Positions 17,906 to 28,201 of a stretch of DNA of 52,349 nucleotides are shown here, in pieces. The position numbers were made by a program, and so were the translations under genes. The stretch's first letter is position 1, and each line of letters begins with the position of its first letter. Under the pieces are notes generated by a model. It ran no database searches and had not been told where the DNA came from. It saw only the letters and a program-made list of their open reading frames with translations. Location of the stretch: positions 1 to 52,349 of IMG/VR virus record IMGVR_UViG_3300025018_000018. The stretch is one strand, 5' to 3'. The stretch is from a virus. Its lineage: Duplodnaviria; Caudoviricetes.

Positions 17906-17933
17906 AAAAAAAGAGCCTGGGTAACAGGCTCTT
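17906..17933 (-). terminator. Rho-independent terminator ending the late (- strand) region
   Basis: AAGAGCCTG-GGTAA-CAGGCTCTT with an A-run on + (T-run on -). Confidence 0.85.
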
Positions 17934-18774
17934 ATCTTCCATCTACATTAATACTGTTCAACGGTTCTAACCCCTCACAATGCCCACCAGTAGGATCATG
18001 CCACACTTCCCACCAGTCGAATGTAAGTGAGCTATTCACGAACACGGCGAAGTTGATGTTTACACCCATCCACAAATAATAATTGTGGTATCCATCGCCA
18101 AGTCGGAAGGGAAATACGAATCCCCCGCCCTTCTCACCCCATGTCCCATACATGGGCGGTGTCTGACCATTCAACGTCCATTGCAATCCGTTCTCAGCAT
18201 ATAGAATCGCAAGCAGCTGGATATTATCATCAAGCATCTGTTGTGTGGTGCTATTGTCAAATTCGCTTGATCCTCTCAGCACCCCAAAATAACACTCTCC
18301 AGGCGTATACAGAATATTCGGGCTTTGCCATCCCCATAAACCATCAATCTGAGTAATTTCCATCCGATATACACCTGTGCCGCTGTTCCAGGTATTTTCC
18401 GCTGGACTGTTACTCTTGTCCTCATCACAGAAGACAAACGGCGGCGTATTCTGGGCATAGGCATGACCATCGAACGACATATTCCGCGGTTCGGAGACAA
18501 TGCGCGGAGCTTGCCCAATAAACTCGCTAAATCGCGGACGTGTATGAGCATAAAACACATCACAGTACAGCATGTTCGGATTGGCTTCCACCAGACCTAA
18601 TTCACCCCCACCGTTCGGTAGTTGGGTAAGTGTTGGCTCTGGTGTCCATGTCACCGTTTCTTGAGTAGGTGTGGTGGATGATCCGGCAGGCGTAAACGTC
18701 ACAAAACGTTCACTTGTTACTGGCGCACATGCAGCCAGTAACAGTAGGCTAATTACCAGTAGGAGTCGCTTCAA
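17932..18774 (-). CDS. Predicted lipoprotein
   Basis: TTG start after GGAGGAGG; MKRLLLVISLLLLAAC lipobox; T/P-rich linker. Confidence 0.8.
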   Translation of the reverse strand: MKRLLLVISLLLLAACAPVTSERFVTFTPAGSSTTPTQETVTWTPEPTLTQLPNGGGELGLVEANPNMLYCDVFYAHTRPRFSEFIGQAPRIVSEPRNMSFDGHAYAQNTPPFVFCDEDKSNSPAENTWNSGTGVYRMEITQIDGLWGWQSPNILYTPGECYFGVLRGSSEFDNSTTQQMLDDNIQLLAILYAENGLQWTLNGQTPPMYGTWGEKGGGFVFPFRLGDGYHNYYLWMGVNINFAVFVNSSLTFDWWEVWHDPTGGHCEGLEPLNSINVDGR

Positions 18775-19210
18775 CAATGTTGCCTCCTCCAAACACAGCT
18801 TGATTAACTGCCATCACATCAGCCTGCACCACCCCATAGCCCTTGTCTTTCAGGTAATCAATCAAGGCATTAAGCGGTATTGATCCAAGCTGCACCGCGA
18901 GATCATCCAACGGTGTGTCAGTTTCCTGCGCCTTCTTCTGCATGTCACTAACAGTCTTAGTTGCAAAATCGAGGATGTCTTTGGTGACAGATTGCGGGAC
19001 CTGAATATAGATCAACTGTAACGCCTGGGAAACAACATAGAGTAGCCCTAAGACTGCGCTTGCAATCACCAGCCCGGTAACTACTGCACCCACATCCGTC
19101 AAAACTGGATTGACTTCCGTCACCACTACCCCGCCATCCTGCGCCATCGCTGGAGCAGCCATCAAAAGCAATACCATAAGCATGAAGAACTTGAACAAAC
19201 CGCGAAACAT
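18749..19210 (-). CDS. Membrane protein (signal peptide plus TM helix), holin-like position
   Basis: FFMLMVLLLMAAPAMA and VGAVVTGLVIASAVLGLLYVV; TDTPLDD motif. Confidence 0.7.
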   Translation of the reverse strand: MFRGLFKFFMLMVLLLMAAPAMAQDGGVVVTEVNPVLTDVGAVVTGLVIASAVLGLLYVVSQALQLIYIQVPQSVTKDILDFATKTVSDMQKKAQETDTPLDDLAVQLGSIPLNALIDYLKDKGYGVVQADVMAVNQAVFGGGNIVEATPTGN

Positions 19211-19214
19211 GAGA

Positions 19215-19991
19215 TTATCCTCCAATTAACAATTTAATGAGATCGTATCCACCAATGCCCAGAGTTGCCCCACCTGCTAGAAGAAGCAACCATTTAAGCG
19301 TTGGCGTATTAAACGCATACAGAGCAACCTTCATCATTCGTTCCCGACGTGCAGCAGCTTCGGCATAAATCCGTTGCTGCTCACGCTGCCAGCGTTCCAT
19401 CATCTCTAGCCGCTGGTTGGATTGGGCAACACTATTCGCTTGTGTCGCCTTGATGGTCTTTAATTCATCAAAGATACCCGCCGCCCCACCCTCCCGACCA
19501 AACAAAGCATCCGTTATGCGATCCAGCTTGGATGTGATCCCTGCCATTGATGAAGCATGAAGTTTGATGTCCCGTGTATGTTCATTCAGATCGTCTTGGA
19601 TTTCTTTAATCGCATCATCTCGCGCACCAATTAGCGCATTCTGCGCCTGGATGGTGGCAGTGATTGGTGCGAGTTCTACTTTGATGTCCGACCTAAAATC
19701 CTTTAACATCCCGCGAACCGAGTCCATGAATGAATTGGTCAATTCGCTTACATGGCGGGTAAATTCATTCTGCACCTCACCCACACGGGCATTCACCAGA
19801 TTGGCGGTATGCTGCCTTTCATCCTTAATTGCATCTGAAATGGCGCGTGGCAGTTTATCATCAATCGCACGTTGAACCTCATCGTGAATCACAAGCCGAA
19901 GCTCATCCATAGGATTGCTAGGTGGTATCTCTGGCACATCATCAAGAGGTAGCCTATTCAATTCTTCGATGGGTGTTGTGTCGTCGCTCAT
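19215..19991 (-). CDS. Coiled-coil protein with C-terminal TM segment (lysis-module position)
   Basis: Heptad-rich body; WLLLLAGGATLGIGG tail. Confidence 0.7.
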   Translation of the reverse strand: MSDDTTPIEELNRLPLDDVPEIPPSNPMDELRLVIHDEVQRAIDDKLPRAISDAIKDERQHTANLVNARVGEVQNEFTRHVSELTNSFMDSVRGMLKDFRSDIKVELAPITATIQAQNALIGARDDAIKEIQDDLNEHTRDIKLHASSMAGITSKLDRITDALFGREGGAAGIFDELKTIKATQANSVAQSNQRLEMMERWQREQQRIYAEAAARRERMMKVALYAFNTPTLKWLLLLAGGATLGIGGYDLIKLLIGG

Positions 19992-20005
19992 CTCATCACC
20001 AATTA

Positions 20006-20030
20006 AGAACTTTTGTTCTATATTATACCA
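20006..20030 (-). promoter_or_regulatory. Extended -10 promoter followed by a perfect LexA-type box
   Basis: Minus strand reads TGGTATAAT-AT-AGAAC-AAAA-GTTCT. Confidence 0.75.
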
Positions 20031-20033
20031 TAA

Positions 20034-20384
20034 CTACTTATTTGTTTTCGGATGCTTCTCTTTTACCGCATCACGCAGTCCGACGATGGTTGCAAATGAT
20101 TCAACAAAGGGTATCTTCTGGTTATCACAAATGGCAATCAATTGCTCTACAACCGCTTCCATAAATGCATCTGTACCGAATGCTTCGCGGTAATCAATCA
20201 TGCGCTGCACGCTAATGTCGGATGTGTCATAGCCTGCTTGCTGGTAAATATTCTTAAGTTGATCTTCTCTGGTGAGTGAGTTACTCACCAGAAATCGTTT
20301 ACCATCTAACTCCCATAGTGTTTGTAATTTAGATGGGTCGCTCCCATCTGTTCCACTTGCGGTAATGTCAATAATGATGTGCAT
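20034..20384 (-). CDS. Hypothetical protein (tail-fibre associated position)
   Basis: ORF coupled to the fibre gene. Confidence 0.65.
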   Translation of the reverse strand: MHIIIDITASGTDGSDPSKLQTLWELDGKRFLVSNSLTREDQLKNIYQQAGYDTSDISVQRMIDYREAFGTDAFMEAVVEQLIAICDNQKIPFVESFATIVGLRDAVKEKHPKTNK

Positions 20385-20385
20385 A

Positions 20386-22146
20386 CTATTGCTCCAAAAG
20401 TTCGATATTGGTTATTGCAATATAATAGTTTCCACCTGATCCAGCGGAAGTCACTGTACCTCGCAATGTATGTGTGCCGGTATAAGTCACTGTCACTGTG
20501 TTGTTGAATATGGTGTTAAATACATCCGCTGCTGCTGCATGGTGATTCTGACCTGTGACAACATCTACCCCGTCCAATGTCCATTTCATAACGCCTCTGT
20601 TTGAGCCTGCCACACATAGGACTCGCAAGGTATATGTGCCAGCCCGTAAAACGAATGTCTGCTCAAACGAATCAGCAGCCGCAGCAGTAAATTGATAGCT
20701 GTAAAACTGGTATGGCTGAGAGGCACTTAACGTCATAGCGACTGCATTACCGCTAACAATTGTGCTGTTTTTATGCCATAGCTGAACATAATTAGGTGCA
20801 ATCGTTAATTCGCGCCATACTGCTGCACCTGTACTGGCATCCAAACATTCATATTTCCTGCGCTGTGTCGTGTTCCACCAGGTACTCCCAACGCTATACC
20901 CCGCTGTATTGTCGTCTGATACAGTTGGATTTGTGGTCGTCTTGGTATCTTTCAACACCACCAGATTTGTGCCATTGGTATAAACACGCCCTGCTGTCCC
21001 TGTACCAATCGTGTCAATCTTTGCCTGTGGCACAGTCGGGAGATCATCAGCCACAAGCGCACGCAAGCTCACTGGACCCGTTGATCCATCAGGCGTTGCA
21101 AGCACATGGTTGGCAGTCAATCCAGATGTGGGGTTAATCGCCAATGTGCCTGATGCTGTAACAGGCGATCCAGATACCGTCATCCATCCGGCAGTCGTGG
21201 ATAAGCCTACACTCGTTACCGTGCCACCGCCCCCGCTACTTCCGATCTCTGTCCATACCGCTGCGCTTGCGCTGTTATCTACGCAGACAAACAAACCGTC
21301 GTCTGTTGTGTTCAGCCACCATGTCAGTCTTCCGTATCCGGCAGCAACATCGTCCCCAGTTGTGGGGTCAGTCGTTTTCACTACCAGTCTGTTGTCTGTA
21401 TTTACCAATTGACGTAGGTTGTAGATCAAGTCCTGCTGCGTGACTGCGGTTTGCCCGTTTGCAATTTGCCACACCGCGAACGGAATTGCCTGAGGCGACA
21501 GCGTGGAGATCAGCGGCTCAACATCATCAGCAAAAATCCAGTTTAGCAATTCAGATTTTTCGCTGCCCTGGACGACATCTACCGATCCATCCAGCGGATT
21601 GAGATACAACAGCACCAGACGCTTCTTGCTGGATGTCCCTGGAGCATAGGTTGAGAGGTCAACCGCATCTGATAAGGATGGCGACCAGAATTTTAATTCG
21701 CCCTCGTGCGTTAGATAGATCAATTGTGTGACTGCTACTTTTGTGCTGGGTGTGGTTGCAGTTCCGAGCGGATACGGTTTTAAAATATTAAGCTCTGCCA
21801 CTTGGTTGGTATACGGATTACCAATATTAAAATTACTAGTATCGTATCCACCTGCAATTGCTCCTGTGTGATCTGCACCCTTGATCGCAATTTCATCATC
21901 ATCGTCACGATGTAATCGTACCGCCGCACCTGGTGTAAACGGAAACCCTACACCAAATGGCGCGCGCACCTGAAATGGATCAGAGAATTGTGGATTGCCA
22001 GATTGATCTACTCCTGAGACAATTCGTACCCATACTGTGCCACCATCTGCCTTAATTGTTCCATCTGCCTTTCCTAGAAATGCTACGACCTTTTTGAGAT
22101 CCAGCTTATTTTCTAGGAATCGGCGGGCATCATAAATGCTATTCAT
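20386..22146 (-). CDS. Tail fibre / receptor-binding protein
   Basis: Two copies of TTxPTxxDDxxAGY...WWxNTT...CxDxSxxAAVW; GGGGTVTSVGL; beta-rich C-terminal domain. Confidence 0.8.
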   Translation of the reverse strand: MNSIYDARRFLENKLDLKKVVAFLGKADGTIKADGGTVWVRIVSGVDQSGNPQFSDPFQVRAPFGVGFPFTPGAAVRLHRDDDDEIAIKGADHTGAIAGGYDTSNFNIGNPYTNQVAELNILKPYPLGTATTPSTKVAVTQLIYLTHEGELKFWSPSLSDAVDLSTYAPGTSSKKRLVLLYLNPLDGSVDVVQGSEKSELLNWIFADDVEPLISTLSPQAIPFAVWQIANGQTAVTQQDLIYNLRQLVNTDNRLVVKTTDPTTGDDVAAGYGRLTWWLNTTDDGLFVCVDNSASAAVWTEIGSSGGGGTVTSVGLSTTAGWMTVSGSPVTASGTLAINPTSGLTANHVLATPDGSTGPVSLRALVADDLPTVPQAKIDTIGTGTAGRVYTNGTNLVVLKDTKTTTNPTVSDDNTAGYSVGSTWWNTTQRRKYECLDASTGAAVWRELTIAPNYVQLWHKNSTIVSGNAVAMTLSASQPYQFYSYQFTAAAADSFEQTFVLRAGTYTLRVLCVAGSNRGVMKWTLDGVDVVTGQNHHAAAADVFNTIFNNTVTVTYTGTHTLRGTVTSAGSGGNYYIAITNIELLEQ

Positions 22147-25100
22147 ACCATTCAAATCCTGTTAAACTCGCCGGTGCCGTTTTCTCTATAAATGTCAATG
22201 TTCCAGTTCCATCCCATGCGGCATACCACATAGATGATCCCTCAATCACCATTACATGATATATTCCAGAACTAACATATTTCATACGTGCATAGGTCGC
22301 GCTGTTTCCAATCTGTGTATTGAAGTTCCAGTTAGACCCACCATCAACTGTGTAGGCAACCTTCCGTACCCCGCCAAATGCCAGCACGCAAACATAATGC
22401 GTTTCAATTCCGCGTGCAACTGCGATGCAGTTTGCGCCTACTGAAACACCGTCACTCACACCATCGTTTGGTGTAATATCATTCGTTGTGCTGCCATCGT
22501 ATTGATAAAGCGTTGTAGAGGTCGCATACAGATACTTCAATGTGTCATCACCATAGGTTGCAACACATAGAGGCTCACCACTTCCTCCGCCTGTTGTATC
22601 TGAGTAGCTCCCTCCATCTGTTGCATCTCTTACAATGCTATTGGCAGATAGCAGAATGCGAGTAGTTGGAAATAGGACATCTGCGCCTGCCACATTCCCC
22701 GCAGCATTCGCCAAAACTGGTGAACCAAATAGTGCTGCCCCATCAATTGAATAGACAGTGACAATGTCACCGCTACTGGTGCCAATAGTCCAAGATGCCT
22801 TCGTTAAATAACAATAACTACCATCACTATCATTGACGTTTTGTGCTAATCCGCGCAGACGAATAGAAGTAACGCTGCTACTACCAGACCAATTAACGGT
22901 AATTGTTCCAGATGATGCTCCTGATGACTGAGTAGCGACAGTTGATCCATTAATCTGGATGTCTGCTGAGGTTGCCGGACCACGTGTAGATCTAAATGCA
23001 ATGGTTAGGCTAATCGCGCTCATAGTCTGTCCGCTAAATGTTTTAGTCAAGCGGAATCCAACTGAAGCATTAGAGGTTGCACTTGTGCCTTCGATACGGT
23101 CTTCAATTGCATTGTAGGTTGGTGTAGGCGCAGATGGGTATCCTGTAATACCCGTTTCTAGCGCATATGGTGATGGTATATCACCATCACCGCTATAGTA
23201 TGGATTGGTAATCCCCGCATTTGCTTCTCCATACGCATAGACTTTGTTTGTTTCATAGGTCGGGCGTAGCATAGAATATAATCCATCAAGCTCAGATTGG
23301 ATGTATGCCAATTGCCCCAATGCTTTTGTGCGATATACCCATGATAAATTATTACTACTATCCTGTTCCAACACATACACGTTTTTGCCAACTTTATCAA
23401 ACTTCGCATCTTTGATAGTCTCTGTAACTTGGCTTGGCGTAACATTATTGAATGTAGGTGTGTTGCTGAGATTGATGTCTTTGACCTCATATACGGCACC
23501 TGTAGACCATGCTAATCCATAATCACCACCCTGCTTACGCTGTTGATCGATGTTCTGTGGGTTGGGGTTGCTGGGGCTTGGATCGGTCGGCTTCACAATT
23601 GGTATGTCCAACGGATCAGGATTAGTCGGATCGGGCAAGAACACGTCCAGTGGTGGCGGGCTATAATCATAAGGTGGTGCCGTTGGCATTACCGGATTAG
23701 TTAAATCGGTTTGTGTCAGTGGGATTTGTGTTAATGTTTGATAACCATCTCCGGCTGTTTCGCGTGTAAACACTGCATCAACATACCGACCACCTGCATG
23801 ATCGTAGCTGACGCTAATGCTTGTTAACTGCCAATAGTCGCTCGTCGAGTAGCCGACCCCGCGAGGGTCTTGTGACGCAGGGATTGTCCAAGAATACCGA
23901 TCGCTCACAGACGGAATCAATTCATGATAACCGTCCAGCAACTGCACCGTCAGCGTCGTAAGCGGCTGCACCCGCGCAAAGTAATTCGCGCAGCGTCCGC
24001 CCAACTCAATAAACGATGAACCAATGTCCGTATTAGCGGTCAGAATTTGTCCGTTGAGCTGCTGCTGGAAATCGCCCTCCGTTGGTGTTACGGCGGGAGT
24101 AGCTGCGCGCAAACCTTGCACGTTATCATCTGCTGATCGGTATGTTCCTCCCCCTGCCAGTATCAGCCCAATAGTATTTTTAGGATCACGCGCAATATCA
24201 TAGATACTGCCATCAGTTGCATCTACATCGCTAAATCCCATGTCTAAAATTGTAGTAATGCTTATGCGGTTCGTTAGCATCCAGGTTTCGCGTGTGCTGC
24301 GGATGTCGCCCTGCGGTGCATGTTCCAGTCGTGCGTTGATTCGCTGTAATAGCACCCGCATGGTTTCCCCTACACTATTTTGCTCGATTGGGAAACCCTT
24401 GTAATTGTATGTATCTCCTGTGTCGTGCCAGTCTACAGAACAAATGTTCCCTAATGTGGTATGTTCTGAGAGATACCACCATGCAGCACGGACCGGAGTC
24501 ATTTTATTAATTTGACCCCATTCGCTGCTATCAACTGCGTTTAATACCTGTGTATTTGTTCCATTGAGATTGCTCAATTGTTGAGCGATCCCTTCCATTG
24601 AGAATTGCGTAGATGTCGCATACCCACCATTGATGATCGTGAGGCTGTTCTGCTCCTGGCGGAATCGTCCGACAAAGCGAATGTCATTGGTAAGTGCTGT
24701 CAGGTTAGATGGCGCGTATAGTGCAACGAAGGTGTTGTCTGCGATGTCATCCACACCATCAAACGCACTGATTTGCATACTCCATCCAGAGTCAATATCT
24801 CCTGTGATTTGTGCAGGGGTATAGGTGGTATCCACTACACTACTGTAGTCCGCAGGTATCACAAATACATGGAAGGTCATCCAGCTAGACCGCCCACCAT
24901 TGTCTGTGACTGTCAGACGGGGCATGTAATGCCCCGCGCTTGTATAGCGGAGTGTAACGTTCTGGCTCGACGATGTGCCTACCTGAAACGTGCCACCATC
25001 AGCATCCCATAGCCATGATGAGATACTCGCCCCATCTTCTATCGCAACGGCGTCAGGCGCGAACGCAAAGTCCGCATTTCCGCTGCTCAGCACACCTGCA

Positions 25101-25561
25101 TAAGCATTCTGTAATCCGCTGATTGCAGGTAACAGCTTGCGGAATGATACATCGTAATCACGATATATTGCGTCATCCAGAACACGTGGCAATTTGAACC
25201 ACAGCCGCACATCCTTGACAACCATAATGTATTGATTATCTGATATTTCCGCAGATGTCTGGTTAATGTATAGTTTTTGTGCTGTTGGGGATTTACGAAT
25301 ACGCCCAACAAATGATGCTGTTCGGATGTCTCCGGCAGTATCGCCAATGTAGACTGTGAAGCCTTCTTTTACATCGGTATATGCGCCGGTTGTCACGCCA
25401 TCATACCCAATATCAGCAAATGAACTATTAGTTATTACTTGGTTAACTTGCGCTTGGAAAACGATGGTATTGGGGCAAATGAGGAGATATTGCTTACCGT
25501 TGTAAGCTCCAGCGCGAATATTGTCGCGCTGGGTGTTGTTAATTGCAGATAAGAAAGGCAT
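22139..25561 (-). CDS. Large tail tip / baseplate hub protein with PKD-like domain
   Basis: 1140 aa; SSWLWDADGG...YTSAGHYMPRLTVTDNGG PKD motif; lies after the distal tail gene. Confidence 0.8.
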   Translation of the reverse strand: MPFLSAINNTQRDNIRAGAYNGKQYLLICPNTIVFQAQVNQVITNSSFADIGYDGVTTGAYTDVKEGFTVYIGDTAGDIRTASFVGRIRKSPTAQKLYINQTSAEISDNQYIMVVKDVRLWFKLPRVLDDAIYRDYDVSFRKLLPAISGLQNAYAGVLSSGNADFAFAPDAVAIEDGASISSWLWDADGGTFQVGTSSSQNVTLRYTSAGHYMPRLTVTDNGGRSSWMTFHVFVIPADYSSVVDTTYTPAQITGDIDSGWSMQISAFDGVDDIADNTFVALYAPSNLTALTNDIRFVGRFRQEQNSLTIINGGYATSTQFSMEGIAQQLSNLNGTNTQVLNAVDSSEWGQINKMTPVRAAWWYLSEHTTLGNICSVDWHDTGDTYNYKGFPIEQNSVGETMRVLLQRINARLEHAPQGDIRSTRETWMLTNRISITTILDMGFSDVDATDGSIYDIARDPKNTIGLILAGGGTYRSADDNVQGLRAATPAVTPTEGDFQQQLNGQILTANTDIGSSFIELGGRCANYFARVQPLTTLTVQLLDGYHELIPSVSDRYSWTIPASQDPRGVGYSTSDYWQLTSISVSYDHAGGRYVDAVFTRETAGDGYQTLTQIPLTQTDLTNPVMPTAPPYDYSPPPLDVFLPDPTNPDPLDIPIVKPTDPSPSNPNPQNIDQQRKQGGDYGLAWSTGAVYEVKDINLSNTPTFNNVTPSQVTETIKDAKFDKVGKNVYVLEQDSSNNLSWVYRTKALGQLAYIQSELDGLYSMLRPTYETNKVYAYGEANAGITNPYYSGDGDIPSPYALETGITGYPSAPTPTYNAIEDRIEGTSATSNASVGFRLTKTFSGQTMSAISLTIAFRSTRGPATSADIQINGSTVATQSSGASSGTITVNWSGSSSVTSIRLRGLAQNVNDSDGSYCYLTKASWTIGTSSGDIVTVYSIDGAALFGSPVLANAAGNVAGADVLFPTTRILLSANSIVRDATDGGSYSDTTGGGSGEPLCVATYGDDTLKYLYATSTTLYQYDGSTTNDITPNDGVSDGVSVGANCIAVARGIETHYVCVLAFGGVRKVAYTVDGGSNWNFNTQIGNSATYARMKYVSSGIYHVMVIEGSSMWYAAWDGTGTLTFIEKTAPASLTGFEWYE

Positions 25562-25563
25562 GA

Positions 25564-25983
25564 TTACAAAGCCTCTAAGTCGCTAAATTCCCAGATAAAG
25601 TCATTCAGCCAATTGCCATTCAACTGGTACTCCGTAATGTTGCGGATGGTCAGAATGGCGTTGTAATTGGAATAGGTGGATGTGCTGAATTTGCGGGTAC
25701 GAATGGTTACATTGCCGGATAGCGCATCGCTCAGAATGTCATGATAGATGTAATACCACTGCCCTATCGTGATGGGGTTGCGCCAGTAGGTGGTTTCACC
25801 CCCGCGTGTGACTTTCTGTTTATCGCCTCTTATGATCTCCTGACCCAGCGACCAGTGGGGATAATCCTCAACATACCAGAAGTACACTCCATCTGCGTCT
25901 TGTAATGTTTCAATATTCGCTAGAGTTCCTGCATTGTTGTGTCCAGCAACTATCTGGTTATCTTTAAATGTCTCAGCCATCAT
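25564..25983 (-). CDS. Putative distal tail protein
   Basis: Position directly after tape measure; beta-rich 139 aa. Confidence 0.55.
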   Translation of the reverse strand: MMAETFKDNQIVAGHNNAGTLANIETLQDADGVYFWYVEDYPHWSLGQEIIRGDKQKVTRGGETTYWRNPITIGQWYYIYHDILSDALSGNVTIRTRKFSTSTYSNYNAILTIRNITEYQLNGNWLNDFIWEFSDLEAL

Positions 25984-27869
25984 CGCCCCCCAAATACTGC
26001 GATTAATGCGCCAACAGATGAATCACTTACATTACGACCCAGACGCTGATATTCCCTGCCATTGGCAGAAATGTTATTGTTGATTGTTGCTGTATTGTTG
26101 TTGACTGTTTGCGATACTGGCGCACCGCCCAATAAACCGCCTTGTGAACCTGAGCGTTGTAACGTCAGTGAGCGTTCAAAGTAACTTTGTTCCAGTCGCA
26201 GCTTGGCATCATAGCCTTTTTGCGCGATGTCCAACTCGTTTTTGAGTGCGGTATTAGCGTCCTCGATCTGACGCTTATAAGCTGTTTGGGCATCTTCAAT
26301 TTGCCGCCTCAGTGCGCGGTTTCGCTCATCACGCTCACGGTTGAGGCTGATCTTCAGGTCAGTTAACGCACGTTCATTCTCTGTTTTACGATCCTCAGCA
26401 GCATCCTCAGCAGCTTGGGCGGCATCCTCGTTTTGTTCCCTGACATTTTTTTCTAAATCGAATAATCCCAGGAAATCCAAATTAAATGCCAAATCCTCGC
26501 GGTCTCTCTGCGCCTGCTTCTGGATATCTCTAAGCGTGCGCTGATGATCCTTGTAATCATCTAGTTCTTCTCTGTACGCATCAAATCTGAGATCATTCAG
26601 GTCATTCCGCGCTTCGCGTCGTGCATCTGCTTCATCGCGTGCAGCATCTTTTTGGATGTCTAGGTTTTTGCGTCGTAGATCAATACCTGCTTTATCCAGT
26701 GCCTCAGCATTTTTTTGCCATGCCTGGGTAATTTTTTCTGCTGCTTGCTCTGCTTCGCGTGCCGCCTCATCCGCTGACTTGCCTAGCTCATCAGTGGAAT
26801 CCGCTGCGTTTTTGGTATACTGCGATACGATATCGGCTTCATCGCCCAATGACGAGATTTCTTTTTTGAGGTCTTCAATGCGTTCACGAGATTTTTCATT
26901 CTGTACATCTGATGCTTCCAGTGTGGCAAGCTCTGCTTCCAACGCACGTCGCTCAATATCAATCTGACGTAAGCGTTCTTGGTTTGCCTCTGCTGTAGCG
27001 TTTCTCGCATCTTCCTCAATGCGGATTTTATCGCCTGTTGATTTTGCTTCATCTAGGAGAGCGTTTACCGTGTCATTTATGATGACACGTTCGTCCTCAC
27101 GTAATTTAATAAGTTGTTCCAATTCTTCGGATAACAGCTGATTTTCTTCAGTTGCATCTTTGACTGTTCCTTTGGCGGCATCCAATTCCCCGCCTAGCAA
27201 CCCAAGCCCATCCCCTAACGCAAAAAGACCCTGCGCAGCAGGGTTTAGACTATCTATATAATCATTGGATGCATCAATCCCGCGTTGTGTCTCATCAATC
27301 AATTGCTGATTGATTTCGATTTCGCGTTCTTTTTGCCTGATTAAATCTTCAATATCTTCAGTGGTTGCAGTATCACCAAAGGCGATCATCTCCTTACGTT
27401 GTTTAAGAAGTTGATTGGTATAATCCTCAGCAGCCTGTTCAGTGTTTCTCAGACCTTCGCTGAGCTTAAACAATGCAACGCTTGCGCCTGCTGTGATAAT
27501 GCCGCCAATCCCTAACGATTTCCACAACGCCTGGAGCGAAGCTGGTAACCCCTTTGCAGATGAAATTAACTGCGCTGCGCCTTCTGCAACGGCAAATAAT
27601 TCCCCAGCTGCTGTTTCTCCTAATGCGCTTAATGCGGTATCAACATCTCCAAGAAGCCCGGCTTGTTCGCGGATTGTCGAGTTATATTTATCAGCCGCCT
27701 CAAAAGCGGTTTTCTCGGCTTCGCGGCTGCCTTTAGATTTTCCGCTGTCGTTGACCAACTTACGTAAATCATTTTGCATCTGGTTAACAGCGGTTTTGGA
27801 TTTGTTGATGCTGGCTTGATCGACATCAATACCAAATGTCGCACGTATATCATTTGTGTCGCTTGACAT
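25980..27869 (-). CDS. Tail tape measure protein
   Basis: 629 aa; long Ala/Glu/Arg helical coiled coil with Gly/Ala hydrophobic patches; follows the chaperone pair. Confidence 0.85.
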   Translation of the reverse strand: MSSDTNDIRATFGIDVDQASINKSKTAVNQMQNDLRKLVNDSGKSKGSREAEKTAFEAADKYNSTIREQAGLLGDVDTALSALGETAAGELFAVAEGAAQLISSAKGLPASLQALWKSLGIGGIITAGASVALFKLSEGLRNTEQAAEDYTNQLLKQRKEMIAFGDTATTEDIEDLIRQKEREIEINQQLIDETQRGIDASNDYIDSLNPAAQGLFALGDGLGLLGGELDAAKGTVKDATEENQLLSEELEQLIKLREDERVIINDTVNALLDEAKSTGDKIRIEEDARNATAEANQERLRQIDIERRALEAELATLEASDVQNEKSRERIEDLKKEISSLGDEADIVSQYTKNAADSTDELGKSADEAAREAEQAAEKITQAWQKNAEALDKAGIDLRRKNLDIQKDAARDEADARREARNDLNDLRFDAYREELDDYKDHQRTLRDIQKQAQRDREDLAFNLDFLGLFDLEKNVREQNEDAAQAAEDAAEDRKTENERALTDLKISLNRERDERNRALRRQIEDAQTAYKRQIEDANTALKNELDIAQKGYDAKLRLEQSYFERSLTLQRSGSQGGLLGGAPVSQTVNNNTATINNNISANGREYQRLGRNVSDSSVGALIAVFGGR

Positions 27870-28201
27870 TAAATCCCTCCCCCACTATTAACCCATTCAG
27901 CCCAGCGGTAGTTTGTCCTCAACCATTGAATCGCTTCATACATGCTTGTATCGAGTAATTCATATAAACGTGGCACCATGACATATGCCTCAAGTGTATT
28001 ACCCGCTTGGTCAATCCAATAATCAATCTCCAGTAGATACTCTATGTCATATCCTGGCAGGTTGAAATCTGGCGTTGTAACTGCCAACTTTTTGCCTTCG
28101 CGTGTGCGATTGATTGCCTTTGTCCGCTGACGCACATGATCCTGTATCCGCGTTAATACAGGTCGTGCTACTTGTTGTCGCCAGCGGAGTCGGCTTCCCC
28201 C
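27869..28201 (-). CDS. Tail assembly chaperone T segment (reached by -1 frameshift)
   Basis: The -1 frame is open from the G-GGG-GAA site through ORF 27869..28135. Confidence 0.7.
   Translation of the reverse strand, partial: GGSRLRWRQQVARPVLTRIQDHVRQRTKAINRTREGKKLAVTTPDFNLPGYDIEYLLEIDYWIDQAGNTLEAYVMVPRLYELLDTSMYEAIQWLRTNYRWAEWVNSGGGI

Noticed and set aside
20386-25561. Diversity-generating retroelement targeting tail genes
   Set aside because: No reverse transcriptase ORF, and no adenine-variant template repeat noticed
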